From Haplodiscus bocki (Eukaryota): a stretch of DNA of 64,000 nucleotides. Positions within the stretch are counted from its first letter, which is position 1; each line of letters opens with the position of its first letter. The notes beneath the pieces were generated by a model. That model had not been told where the DNA came from, did not search any database, and saw nothing but the letters and a program-made list of their open reading frames with translations. The stretch covers positions 23,622,001 to 23,686,000 of the forward strand of contig OZ296658.1 in NCBI GenBank assembly GCA_965655095.1, read 5' to 3'. Position numbers and translations under genes: made by a program. Shown one piece after another: positions 26,560-37,874 of the stretch.

Positions 26560-29500
26560 CAACTTGAAGCCGAATGTATCTCAATTGATGTTTTCTTTGA
26601 TGAAATCTATGACAACTCTGTGCTCACCGGTCGAAATCAAGCCAGGAGACCGTCAAATAACTTTCCGGAATGGGCTTGTCGCCACTGAAGTCATAACCTC
26701 AATTGTTACCAAATTTCAAATTATTTCGGCTAGATAGGTAGTCGCTAGATTTTTTGAAACTTTTCCGAACAAAATTTTGATGGGAATAATTAATTTGCTG
26801 TCGAAGTAAAGTCCTGATTACATTTGTGGTTCGACTGTCATATCACTAGGAGACATAGTAATTTCAGCCATTCTCCACGGAAAGTCAGAGTTTTTGCATT
26901 CTTCAAGTTTTCTCTCAATTATATGCAGTAGTGTTTTGATTATTTTTTCAGGTTTTTGACATAAATTAAGCCAGCCGGCTATGATTTTAATGAATGATTT
27001 AACATTTTTGAATGATTTTATGTCGTTTGAATTTGAAAAAGAAACTGAAATTAACAGGTAAGAATGGAACTTCAAAATATGCATGAGTTCAAAACTGCGC
27101 ACCAACAAAAATTTTGCTGAAGATTCTACGAAATGCTTGGTTAAACTGTGGCCTTTGATAGTCAATACCAATTCAATAATGAGATGAACATTAAATTCTT
27201 GCGTTGAAGTTCTGATAAACTTTGTTTCGAACTACTCCACTCTGCTTAAACGATCAAGGCAACGTTAAGTCTCAATGATCCTTACAGTATGCATTGCACA
27301 TCAAAACGACTGTTGAAGTCTTTCTGACGTTTTACCGTTCGCGACGAACTATTGACGGGAACGTATTTCAAGATCACTCATCTCCATTCAGTAGTAAAAA
27401 GTACTATGTTCATAATTTTGTCAGAGGGTACTTCTTCTAGGGAGCTTTGATTTTGTCGCAGGTTTCTGACAACCAGTCCTACGTTCCTTAAAACACCGAG
27501 GAATTGCTTTTCAGAATTCAGTACAAAATTGTTGCCTTTCTGCGAAATCTTTTCATGTATAGTTTTGCTTCTTGTCTCAATTTGATCAGACACTGGATTT
27601 TTTGCCGGCCGGTTCCACAGCTGACGCTCTTTGTTCGTTCTCAATGTTTTCGATCTCCTAAACTGCCTTCTACTTCCAACATTGTCTTCGAAAAGAATTG
27701 ATTTTGTCAAGTAAATCAGTGAGCAGGAAAAAATTTATATATATTTTTTTAGTGGAGACTGGAAATTCTGGGCGAAAACTCACAATTTTTAACAGATAAA
27801 ATTATTCTTTTCTTTGTGCAAATTCTGAGTTTTATACAACGAATAGCTTTTTTTTACCGTAGCTACTGGAGTCCTCAAAACGTTCCTAGGTAGACCAAAA
27901 ATCGAACATTGTTCACGATTTGACTTCTTTCAATGTTGTAAGACACTCTTTTGCTCCAAAAAGTTCAAGATTAGCACTCTTTTATAGAAGCATTTTCCTG
28001 TTTTATCCTTACTGTTGTTACACTTACAGTTCAACTTGAGCTTTCTCAATCTACGAGAACGCCTCCACTCCGAATTGTTGACCGGTATCCCATGCAAACA
28101 AACTTAAGCCAAGTGAGCTGCAACAAGCTGCAAGCTAAACCAATAATTTTCACTGGTGAACAACCTGTCAGCAGGGACTCTCGCTTACTTTCCCTAATGC
28201 AGCCTATCTCTGATAATGAACTCTCAAGGAATATCAGTTTTCCGACCATATCACCCGTTCATCAAGAAAAAAATTTTCACAGCTCCTTCAAAATTTGTTG
28301 TAAATTGCTTTTTTATCGCTTTCTTCAAACCTATTTTGCACACCCAGCTAGGTAAGAAAATTTCATGAGAAGGCCTATAAGGTAAGTGTTTGAGATTTTC
28401 TGGTATAGTCAAGTTTGTCATCACAATCAGCCTCACTGATTCGACATTGAAGTCTCCCACAATTGAGATGAACTTTGAACATTCATCAAGTAACGGGAAA
28501 AAGTGATACATAACTCGAAAATTAGAGTTTTCTTCAGCCCAAAACTTTGAAAAAAACGGAATAGTGAAACCACTAAAAAATGGAAATCGACATATGTCAA
28601 AGTTGCATCAAAAAGTAAATCGCCTTGCTTATTTAATAACTCAACTAAGATTTTAGTTGATGTTAAGTTTCGACGCTTGGCTGAGGAGAACTCTTGTCTT
28701 ACTAAGACTTAGCTGAAATTTCTCGCAAATCTCAGCGTTATTGTTCGCTGACGTAACGGTTACCTCAACACACTGTCATTGGTTACGTTACGTGGAACAG
28801 TCAAAAAAACACTCTGTGCTCGTCACCTAAAGGGCTAAAATCAACACCAGAATTGACTCAATCAAGCGTTAGATGCGAGCAATATTCAACCCACTTTTCA
28901 GTTTTAATTAGGATTCTGGATTTTAAATACTTGCATTCAGTTTTTCTGTTTTCAAAATATAACACAATGGGTTATTGCTTGAACCTATTTTTTTAAGTCT
29001 GTTGTTTATTTGCAATGAAACTAATATAAAAATTACAGAAGGAAACGCGCCAAGTCGACACGTCTAAATATAATTAGTTTTACCAACTTGCAACTTTGAC
29101 GTCAAATTGACGGCTATTTGAAATAAATGAGGAGGATAAGTTGCACATTCTAACTTGGATGAAAAAGCACCGAAAATGGATAAACAAAAAACCTGTTTTG
29201 AGAAAGAATATAGCTTCATGTTCACTTAAGGTATCTTCCTTATTTTTCATCTACCGTTGAATCATCGTTGGTGTCAATCTGGCATGCGTTAGATAATTGT
29301 ACGTACATAATAGTCCAATAACCATCAGTTTTTCCAAAACTGGCTCCGCGAAAACTTACGGTGTGCCGCACTAATAACTTCTGGTTAGGACTGGCATTCT
29401 TATCTGAGTTTCAAACTCTTCAGAATTTCTTCTGCTAAACGTACCTGTTTTGTTCAAGTCTTCCATCATTCTAATTTGCTGACAAACTCAATGTTTATGG

Positions 29501-31600
29501 AACATCTTTTCCATTGTAGTTCTCAATGAACAATTTAACAATCAGATTTTTGTATGCTTGAGAAACGTCTCCTTGAGAAGCTAGTAAATTCACGCGATGC
29601 ATTGACCATTGTAAAACTTCCAGGCAACAGAGTTTTTTGTCAATCAATATTTAATTGGTAAGCTTGAATGACGGCGAAAAAAAGTGGTAATCGACGAAAC
29701 GTTCATTTTCTCCTTCTAACTTTTCATATTTGACCAGGCAAGATTCTCTAACTTTATCCGGTTTTTGATTGTGAATTGCTCGATAGTGCGTAACACCTCT
29801 TTCGATTCCAGTTCGAAAACGATGAGCTCGCTCACTGTAAACTAAATGATGTTTCTCAAGCATGTGACAATGATACTGTACGAAGTGCCGATTTTCATTG
29901 ATTATCTATTTTCAAATCTTTCTACAAACAGTTTGAAATTCACCAGCAAAATCAATCAGCGCTAAAAGGAAATTGTGTGATCGAAATGTGCCTATCGGAG
30001 CACACTGTTTGATATGCTGTTTTTCTCCGCTTTGCCAAATCTGAACATTTATTCGGAGGTTCGAGCTCGATAAGACCTTGTGTCAATGTCAGTGACACGT
30101 ACAACAAACGACATCCTGAGTTGCCTGGAAACCTCTGATCAAAGACTCGTTCTCTAAAAATTGCCTCTTTTAGCACTTTTTTCGTCAATGATTCTGTTTG
30201 TGCATTCTTCCATGCGGAACTTTTTAGATTTGCCAGAAAATAGCTGGGCTTGTTCTTATGGTAGGCTACTATTCATCCTCATTTTCATCCTGCCAGTGCT
30301 TGGTACAGATTGAATTTTTCATTCCAGCTATCACGGCTCGAACGCTTTTGACACAAGAGTGTACCATACGAATCAGAAATTACGTCATGTTTCTGTTCAG
30401 AATTGGTAGAAGCAGAATTCCCTTTTTCGGAAATTACATCTTGTTTTGACTCATTTTTATCTTAATCTTGTGTTTAATTCGCTCTATGTGCCTTCAGTGA
30501 TCGATGCAGAATGGAGTTTTAGACCCGAACCTGCTCTTTGGATGACATCGTCCACGCGTTTTATTGCTCTAGCTCTCGATGCTGTTGGTTTCGCAAGCAC
30601 CAGGTCTCCATACCAATGGAATCTTGTCACCTGGAGCTCTAAAAAAAGTAAAAAAGTAGCACAATTTTTTTTGAGAATCTCACACCAGCATGTCGAATAT
30701 CCTTAGTTGCGAAGTTCCATTCAGCCTGAACGGATCTGGTGATGTTGGAAAATGTTTCATGCAATAATTTTCAGCATTACAAAAGTTTTCGTTGTTTGTG
30801 GCATCAGCCCCTGATTTTGTTTTCAGTAACGTCTTCTTGATTTTGTAATCTTTCATAAAGTCCAAAATCTTGTGCGGGAAACCCTTCAATTCGCGCGGAT
30901 ACCATGGGCATCTCAAGCTTCATCTTGGATTTCCTTCCTCACAATTACGTAATTTTTGTCCCGTCACAGAAAAATTCAAACTTTCGGCAACACTTCAGGT
31001 GCATTTTCAATCGAATCTGTTAGAAACTCAAACTGAATTGACCAGAAGTAGCTGAATCTTGATCATGAAGATGCATCGTAATTTTTTTGAGTGTTTTTTT
31101 ATTATTTTGAACAAAGCAATCAAAATTAGGGGTTGAATGCAAACTGATTTCGCATCAACTTGTGTCACGCCCCATGCACCGATGAAAATTGCGCTGTTAA
31201 TCTGTAACAGCTTGAACGGCGATTCAAACTGCTGTCGAGAAATGTGAATGCTCTGGGCCAAAACATCCAAAAATTGAATAAACCAGCCAGGCGCTTGAAG
31301 GAGATGAAAACAATATTTTGGTCAGTGCTAAAACCAATGACCTTGAAACCGTTTGGCCTCATATAAAATTTAGAGTGAGCGAATGGATTTTTTTTCTGCG
31401 TGTCTGACCCACCAGCTATTTGATGAATTCAGAAAAGATCCAAAAAAGTCAACCCGGACTACTTTTATTTTGCATTTAGGCAATAGAAAAAGACTTTCTT
31501 TCTGCAAAAAGTCTCACTCCAGGATTTTGATCCAGAGTCATCAATCAACGGAAAAAGCTTATTTAACTTTCCTCGTAAGCAGCACATCCTTCAGTTTTTA
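26560..31600 (-). mobile_element. Heavily decayed TE/LINE-like debris
   Basis: Broken minus-strand frames with a SIVGDFN endonuclease-like motif (~28450) and RT-linker-like fragments; family not determinable. Confidence 0.3.
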
Positions 31601-31605
31601 GACTT

Positions 31606-33197
31606 TGTGACGTGTGTGGTGTGGTGTTTTCATATTCTTTTTCTGCTCGAGTGGCTTGCTTTTATTGTATTGAATGGTGGTGGCTGAATTTTATTCTTTC
31701 TTAACTATACGTCTTAAATAATCCACTCTATGGTGTTTGGCAGAACCGTAAGACGTTCGGTTCACAACCATGCAAATCTTCCGTACTGCAGAGCTTCCAG
31801 GTTCTACTTGGTTCGGGTCAATATGCTACGCTGGTACCTTACCGTCACTTAGCCCACCGCACGGTATAGAGTGAATTTGGTTTGGAATACTATCAACTCT
31901 ATGCAAACGAGTTGTTTCTTAATTCTAAATTTTATAATCTCGATTAATGGTGGTGGTGGTTCTGACTTTCTATCTTCTCAAATTTTAACAAGCTCTGAAC
32001 AAATTTCATCTTTCTTTAATTTTCTTTCGAATGCGTGTTTCAGGTTCTCGTCACTTAAATGGTTTTGTTAGTAGTAAGTCTGGGATTACTCTACTACTAT
32101 TGAGTTGAAAAAGTAGTTTTAACTACTTTGGGGTTACAAAAATTTTGATCTGTTTAGAGCTTGCTATGGTAAAAGTGAAAGAAATGAGATTATGAAGTTG
32201 ATTGAATTGATTTTTCGTTAAGCTTTGACAAAATTGTAGTTTACAATGAATGAAATCTAATATATCTCAAAGAACAGAACTCACGACATTATGGTTTGAA
32301 TGTTGGTGTGGTTGATCGATGGTTGGAGGTCGTCTATGCAGTCTTCGTGGGGCAGTCTTTGGATATTTGTGATTTGATCGTAGGATTTGTTCAAGAGAGA
32401 TTCGAAAATTTATGAAATTGAAAAGAATACAAAATTTAGCAAGAAAAGTTGAACGTCGAACGTTCAATAAAATTTTTGAAGACGTCTAACGTCAAAGAGT
32501 TTTTCAAAATTGCAAAAGTCAAAAAGAACGAGCAGCTGAGTTTTGAAAAGTGGGGTTCTAAAGGCAGAGTTTTGCGAGTCCGCCTTTTATAGTTTTTGTC
32601 ATGCTCAACTGTGACCAGTAATATTTTGCTGGTCATTGTCTGGTGCATGATCAGCCTTTCATGCTTCAAGGTTTTACTATTTTTGGGGTATCTGTCAAGG
32701 AATCATCCCCCAAAAGTTACTATTATTATTTCAACTGTTCTAAGTTTGAAGCATTGACGAAATTTTGTTTCTTCGCTTCAAGAAAATAATTCTTGATCGA
32801 AAGCAGTTGGGAGTTACTATTTCTATAAGTAACTAAAATTTGATGGCTACTGAATTTAAGCATCTGATGACATTCGTTGTTGAGTTGGCGGCCAATTTTG
32901 CTGACGTACATTGATTTGAATTTTGGCGGTCGTCTCCACAACAGAGGCTGTTTCGTCAGGAGAATAAATTTAGATAGTCTTCTGGTGTGGTGAGATTGTG
33001 CCATCAATAGCGACGTGATCAAATATTTTATATGAAGCACCGGATAAGTGAGTTCTTTAATTATAAAAAGCATCGATTGAGTGGTTAAAATATGCGCGTT
33101 TAAGATTCAAGCTAAGTCATGTTTAAGTTTAACGTTGTTTCAATTCTTCATTCTTTTCAGCATTCTTTCATATATTATGACTTATGGCATTGTCATA
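31606..33197 (-). repeat. 3' LTR of element 2
   Basis: Direct repeat of 44273-45864 (offset 12667); termini TATGAC...GTCACA on the element strand; AATAAA at 31666-31661. Confidence 0.97.
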
Positions 33198-33200
33198 ATG

Positions 33201-33211
33201 CCTTCCTTTTT
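33201..33211 (-). other. Polypurine tract
   Basis: AAAAAGGAAGG 3 nt upstream of the 3' LTR. Confidence 0.8.
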
Positions 33212-33230
33212 GTAGTTTGTGTCCCACAAA

Positions 33231-33591
33231 CTAGTGTTGTTGAATATGAAAGTCGCCCAAACAGTACGGTTGGCCTTTGGTGTACGCGTCCACCGCAGAA
33301 GGTCCACAACATTTGAGAATAGCTTGAGCGAGAGTGTCATCTGTAGCAACAGGTGGTGGATCAGTCTGCGTGGATTGATTGGCCATGCGGGGCGCACTAA
33401 TGAAGAGTTGTGATGGTGCGCGCAGGAAACTTCGATATGTTGTATGGTTTGTTCGTTTGAGGACGACCGGGCCAGGTGGAGAGGTGATTTTGAGGACCCG
33501 GTATTGATTGTTATCAAGGAGGTGAACCACATCACCTACGCGAACGTTGTGAGTTCGCCCATCACACGTTGTCAAGGGAGCAAAAGGAAGA
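33231..33591 (-). CDS. Accessory ORF4 (spliced; ~121 aa), beta-rich N-half plus STQTD motif
   Basis: T-rich tract then AG| acceptor at 33593-33592; 1 nt then in-frame LPFAPLTTCDGRTHNVRVGDVVHLLDNNQYRVLKI...NQSTQTD; ends just before the PPT. Confidence 0.65.
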
Positions 33592-33794
33592 CTAAAAAAA
33601 ATCAAAGGGAGACCCACAACGGTCTCGCAGGGAGGAAGCTGCTAAGCTTGCAAAAAGAGTTCGCAGATGAACTTCAGTGAGGAAGCTGCTAAGCTTACAA
33701 AAAGGGAGTTCACTAAGAACTACTGAATTGAAAAATGTAAAAGGTACAAAACAAGCGAATTAAGAACAGACGTGTTAGAAAGCGAGTACAAACG

Positions 33795-34221
33795 TTATTC
33801 TTCAGTTTGTAAATGTCTAATATTTTGTTGGGGGCGTCTTCGGGGTGAAGGACGGCGCTGGGCTGGCTGGCTGGTTGGAGTGGCTTGGGCAAGAGTACTA
33901 GGATGGATACGAGGTGCTTCTAATCGAAAATAGAGGTGGGGGTGCTGGCAAACGGGACACTTCTCGTACCCACGGGAAAGGAGAAAATTTAAGCAAGGGG
34001 GACAAGTATAATGCGGGATATGGTGATGGATGTGTAACGTAATGATCTTATGTACGGGGAAAGTTTTTAAACAAACGGGGCAGGAGCGATAAAGGGGGCC
34101 GAGAGGGCAGCGGGGATGAATGGGTGTATCGTCATATAGCGGGGCATTCATGGAGTCGGATGGGTCTTGCTGTCGGCGGACGAGGTAGTTTTGGTCGTTG
34201 TGGTAGGTTTTGAATGGTGCG
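33795..34221 (-). CDS. Accessory ORF3 (spliced; ~143 aa), RING-like zinc finger
   Basis: GTTTTTTATTTTAG| acceptor at 34223-34222; CPVC...TLH.....PHYTCPPC..........CPVC; Arg-rich C-terminus. Confidence 0.8.
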
Positions 34222-34381
34222 CTAAAATAAAAAACTATTGATACGTAAAAATTTATAAATGTGGTAATCTAAAAATCTAAAATGCTGAGTAAGATGAATG
34301 CAAAAGTGGTATAAAAGCAGTTCGTGTAAGTTTGAAACGAATGTTTGAAGGTTTAAAAGTTTTAGGTTCGCAAAATCAAAT

Positions 34382-34748
34382 TCAACCAGGGCGGCCATCA
34401 GCAGGGGGTGCGAGGACGGGTCTCACCCGTTCTTCTCTTTCAATAGCAGTTTTTCGAAAATTAATGGGGTCGCGGTATAACTTGAGGAGGGCACGGCGGA
34501 CAATTTGATATCGGACGCGATCCCAGCGATTGAGGTTGGGGAGTGAATCAGAGTGGTATAAAAAGAGAACAAATTCGTTCCATCGGGGGTCTTTATAGGG
34601 GAAGTGTACCGCAGTTTGGTCATTTAGGGTGAGTTGAATGGTGCCCTCCGGGAGGATCATCAAGTGGGTGATTGGGTAGCGTATGTCATTTAGCACACAC
34701 GCCCATGTAAAATCCAGGGAGACGGCCTGCCATGTGTGTGCATCGGCG
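34382..34748 (-). CDS. Accessory ORF2 (spliced; ~123 aa), unknown function
   Basis: CATTTTCTTTTAG| acceptor at 34750-34749; 1 nt then in-frame ADAHTWQAVSLDFTWACVLNDIRYPITH...; GC-rich island between AT-rich spacers. Confidence 0.7.
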
Positions 34749-34947
34749 CTAAAAGAAAATGATTACGAGGGACGCGGCTACGCATCACGAAGAGAGCTTT
34801 ACGCAAAAAGCTAGAACAAATTATAAAATATATTCGTGAGCAAGTGAAAGAGATATAAAAGATAGTGAACGGATTAATATAATGTAGTATTGAGTTTTAA
34901 CGAGTATTCGTGATTGTTTATTAAGTTGAACGAAAAGTTTATGTAGT

Positions 34948-35332
34948 CTAACGAAAGTTGAGTATGGAAGCCATTACGAAGGGATCGATGTAGGGGATGG
35001 GACGGGAACCACCACAAGAAGGACAGATTGGGTTGGTGAGGTAGTAGAGGGTGTAGGAGCACGGGTTGCAGACAGGAGTAGACTGGGGGTCAGTGAGGCA
35101 CTTGGGATTAAAGCAATGAGGAACGGCATAGTCGAGGTTACATTTTGTACAAATGGGAATACCAAGGGCCTGGAATGGGTCCACGGGGGCACGACAAGCG
35201 GGGCACATGTGGGTATTGTATTGGATAAGGTAACTGCAACAAGAGCGGCAGATTCGATGGGGCACGTTACTCGGGGCGTGGAGGGTGACAAGGGTATCAA
35301 CATCGCGCAGGCAAACGAAACACTGTTCAAGG
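34948..35332 (-). CDS. Accessory ORF1 (spliced; ~129 aa), RING-like zinc finger plus further Cys clusters
   Basis: CTAAT branch point, pyrimidine tract, TTTCAG| at 35334-35333. Extending to the acceptor completes the finger: CFVC...TLH.....PHRICRSC..........CPAC, then CTKC..HC....C and CNPC...CPSC. Confidence 0.8.
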
Positions 35333-35480
35333 CTGAAATGGACGGAAGGACGGATTAGAAGGGGGGCACGCTAGTGCCACACAGAGGCTCCGAAGAGGCG
35401 TTTACTTTTGGATACTTACTTATTTTACATGGTGAACTTTGTACATTTAAGCACTGTTATACATTACTTGGGGACGACAC

Positions 35481-37857
35481 TTAAGCTGATGTAGTTTGGG
35501 TAGTGTCGACGTGAGGTACCGGAGCTGGAGTGAAGGTGGTCAGAACCAACGGAGGTGTTGTACGAATGGTTCTGGTTGGTGCGGTGACGTCCGGGTACAG
35601 TTTTTCTTCATCTTCGGCGGAGTAAGGAAACGGTGCGTTAGCTTCAGTTTTCAGTAAAGCTTCCTTAGCAAGAGCACGGAGTGCAGTAAATTCATCACGA
35701 GTCAAAATTAAAAATGAAGAGTCTGAGTCTGGTTGGATGTCGTTCGTGACATGAATAAATTGGCCAGATTTATTCTTGAAGAAACGACGTGGGGCACAGC
35801 AAAGTGCACGTGCCTGTCTGTGAAAGAGTGGAAAGTTAAGTAAAAACAAAAATAAAGAAAGTGCGATTGATCCGCCTGCGATTAAGAATGAAGTCTTCGC
35901 TGGTACAAATTTGTCAAGTGCTGCTTCTGTTGCAGGATTGAGAGACGTATAGTGTGCTACAATTGGTTCGGTCAATTTTTGCAAAGTTTCAGGATCCATT
36001 CGTCTAACATCTGGAATTTCAGTCAGTTCCAACTGTACGCTCTCAAGAATTGATTTCCGGGCGGCACCGATTGAGTAACTTGGAAAATTGAGTCGATCGA
36101 AAGGGACATTTTGAAAAACTTGATTCAAAGGTGGTGCCAGTTTGATTGTTGCAATATACGGTTCCGGAGTTGTTTTACATGCGTCCATATCAGGTGACAG
36201 GACAAGATCGCCTTGATTAATATAAATGGTACTCTCACAACTCGGTCGAAGTACACAAGCCTGACAATCAATGGTGGACAAACTGAGTCCGTTGCGGCTA
36301 TCGTTCTTAATGTCCATTGTGGGGTTGCGAGAAATGAGGTGGTAAACGCCATTTGCCAGGTAGATCGCCTGTGGGGCTTCCGGGAGAAGGACAGAGGAAA
36401 CGGGGCAATTTCGGAGTGCTGGTATGTCTTGATTAAAATACAACGACGTCAAACAGAGAAGCGTTTCATCAGTAGTAGTCGAAAAGCCTTTGCGGCACAG
36501 TTTGATTCGATTACTGCCCGTGCATTGTTGTAGCGTAGACGCGGCTAACTCTGCAAAATTCGTATTGTCTGTTGCAATCGCGACGTAGGGTTTCGGGAAT
36601 TGGTAAACTGATGCCGTCTTGCCGTCGTCATTGGGCTGATACAGAGGTTCCGCTTGAAAGACATTGTACGTAGCGGACTTAGAGTTCATCGGGATGCCAA
36701 GTACAAAAGAGATGCCTTTAGGTAACATTGTGACTTCTAGTACGATTTGCAATTCGTAATAGATAGCTTCGAATCCCGATGGTATAGCAGGTGTCAGTTT
36801 GCTACCTTTCCGAAATTCTTCAGCGGCTAATTCTTGTACTATTGTGGCAAGTTGAGTGGGGAGTAGGAATTGTGGTGTGATATGTCCAGTAGCGAGAGAT
36901 GAGATGATTGAAAAGAAATTGTTTCTATACGCGTAAAATGCTGCACGAAAAGCTTTGAAATGAGTGTACAAAGTGCCGATTTGTGATAAATACAGTTGTG
37001 AAGACTGGAGAAAGTGGCGGTACGCACTTTCAAATTGGTAGCAACGGAACGCATCTTCCAGAGTGTATACACGTGCAAGCATATAAGAAATATGTTCGTA
37101 AGTGTCGTCTTTAATGCGTTCAACACTTTCTTGGGTCAGACGAATTTCGTCTCGGAGTAAAGCAAGTTTTTCGTTGTTTTGATCTTGGACGGTCTGAAAT
37201 GCCTGTTGTTGTGTCTTTTGTTGTTTGGTTACTTGATCGAGTTCTCGTTCTAAGTCTTCAGTAGAGTCGCAAAGATTGAAAATGGAGAGTGCGCTACATG
37301 CTGCATCTTTGATCGGTTCGCCTAAGATGAATCCAGTGCCAGCGGCAAGTGCTGCGACAGCACCAATGAGTCGTCGTGTTCTGTTGTGAGGCGCTTCTTC
37401 ATCGATAGAGCGTCTTTGTCGAGGGGCTCCGAGAGACTCGACTGGTGGGAAGAATGATTCCGCGATATCGCTCAAAGTATGAAGTTCGGATTGGGCTTCA
37501 TTAATTTCGGTTGTAAGATGGTTGTACATGTTTTCCATTTGTTGTATAACCGGTATGTGAGATTCATTGAACGTGTTGTTTTTGCATCCTGCCCGTGCTA
37601 CGCGGTATTGCATGCGTGAGAGCTTTGTCTTGCTTTCGAGGATAACAGCATGCACGCCGTCGATATTGAGATCCGGGAGCGTCGGAAAAGGAGAGAACAG
37701 TCGAATTTGACTCTCGCTTTCTGAAGTCACAACTTGATATTTAAAAATGAAAGCGGCTCCTCGTTCAAATTCCGGTAGTTGTTGGTTGTTGACAGTCGAA
37801 TATTGTATGGTGTTTGCAATGAGAAGTGTTGTCCAGATGAAAATTGGCGTTGGGATC
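35481..37857 (-). CDS. env: Envelope glycoprotein, class I F-like fusion protein (spliced; ~793 aa)
   Basis: Acceptor TCTCCTTTTAG| at 37859-37858 precedes a signal-peptide-like IPTPIFIWTTLLIANTIQYS; furin-type sites RQRR and RTRR; fusion peptide LIGAVAALAAGTGFILG; heptad repeat; Cys-rich region; TM FLIAGGSIALSLFLFLLNFPLF. Confidence 0.9.
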
Positions 37858-37874
37858 CTAAAAGGAGACCTTCG

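Noticed and set aside
31871-33073. Short ORFs inside the LTRs (duplicated at 44538-45740)
   Set aside because: No motifs and AT-rich composition; the duplication only reflects LTR identity.
34974-35330. Alternative-frame 118-aa ORF overlapping accessory ORF1, and similar shadows at 33182-33535 and 34423-34623
   Set aside because: No recognisable domain and out of phase with the acceptors; expected by-products of GC-rich coding DNA.
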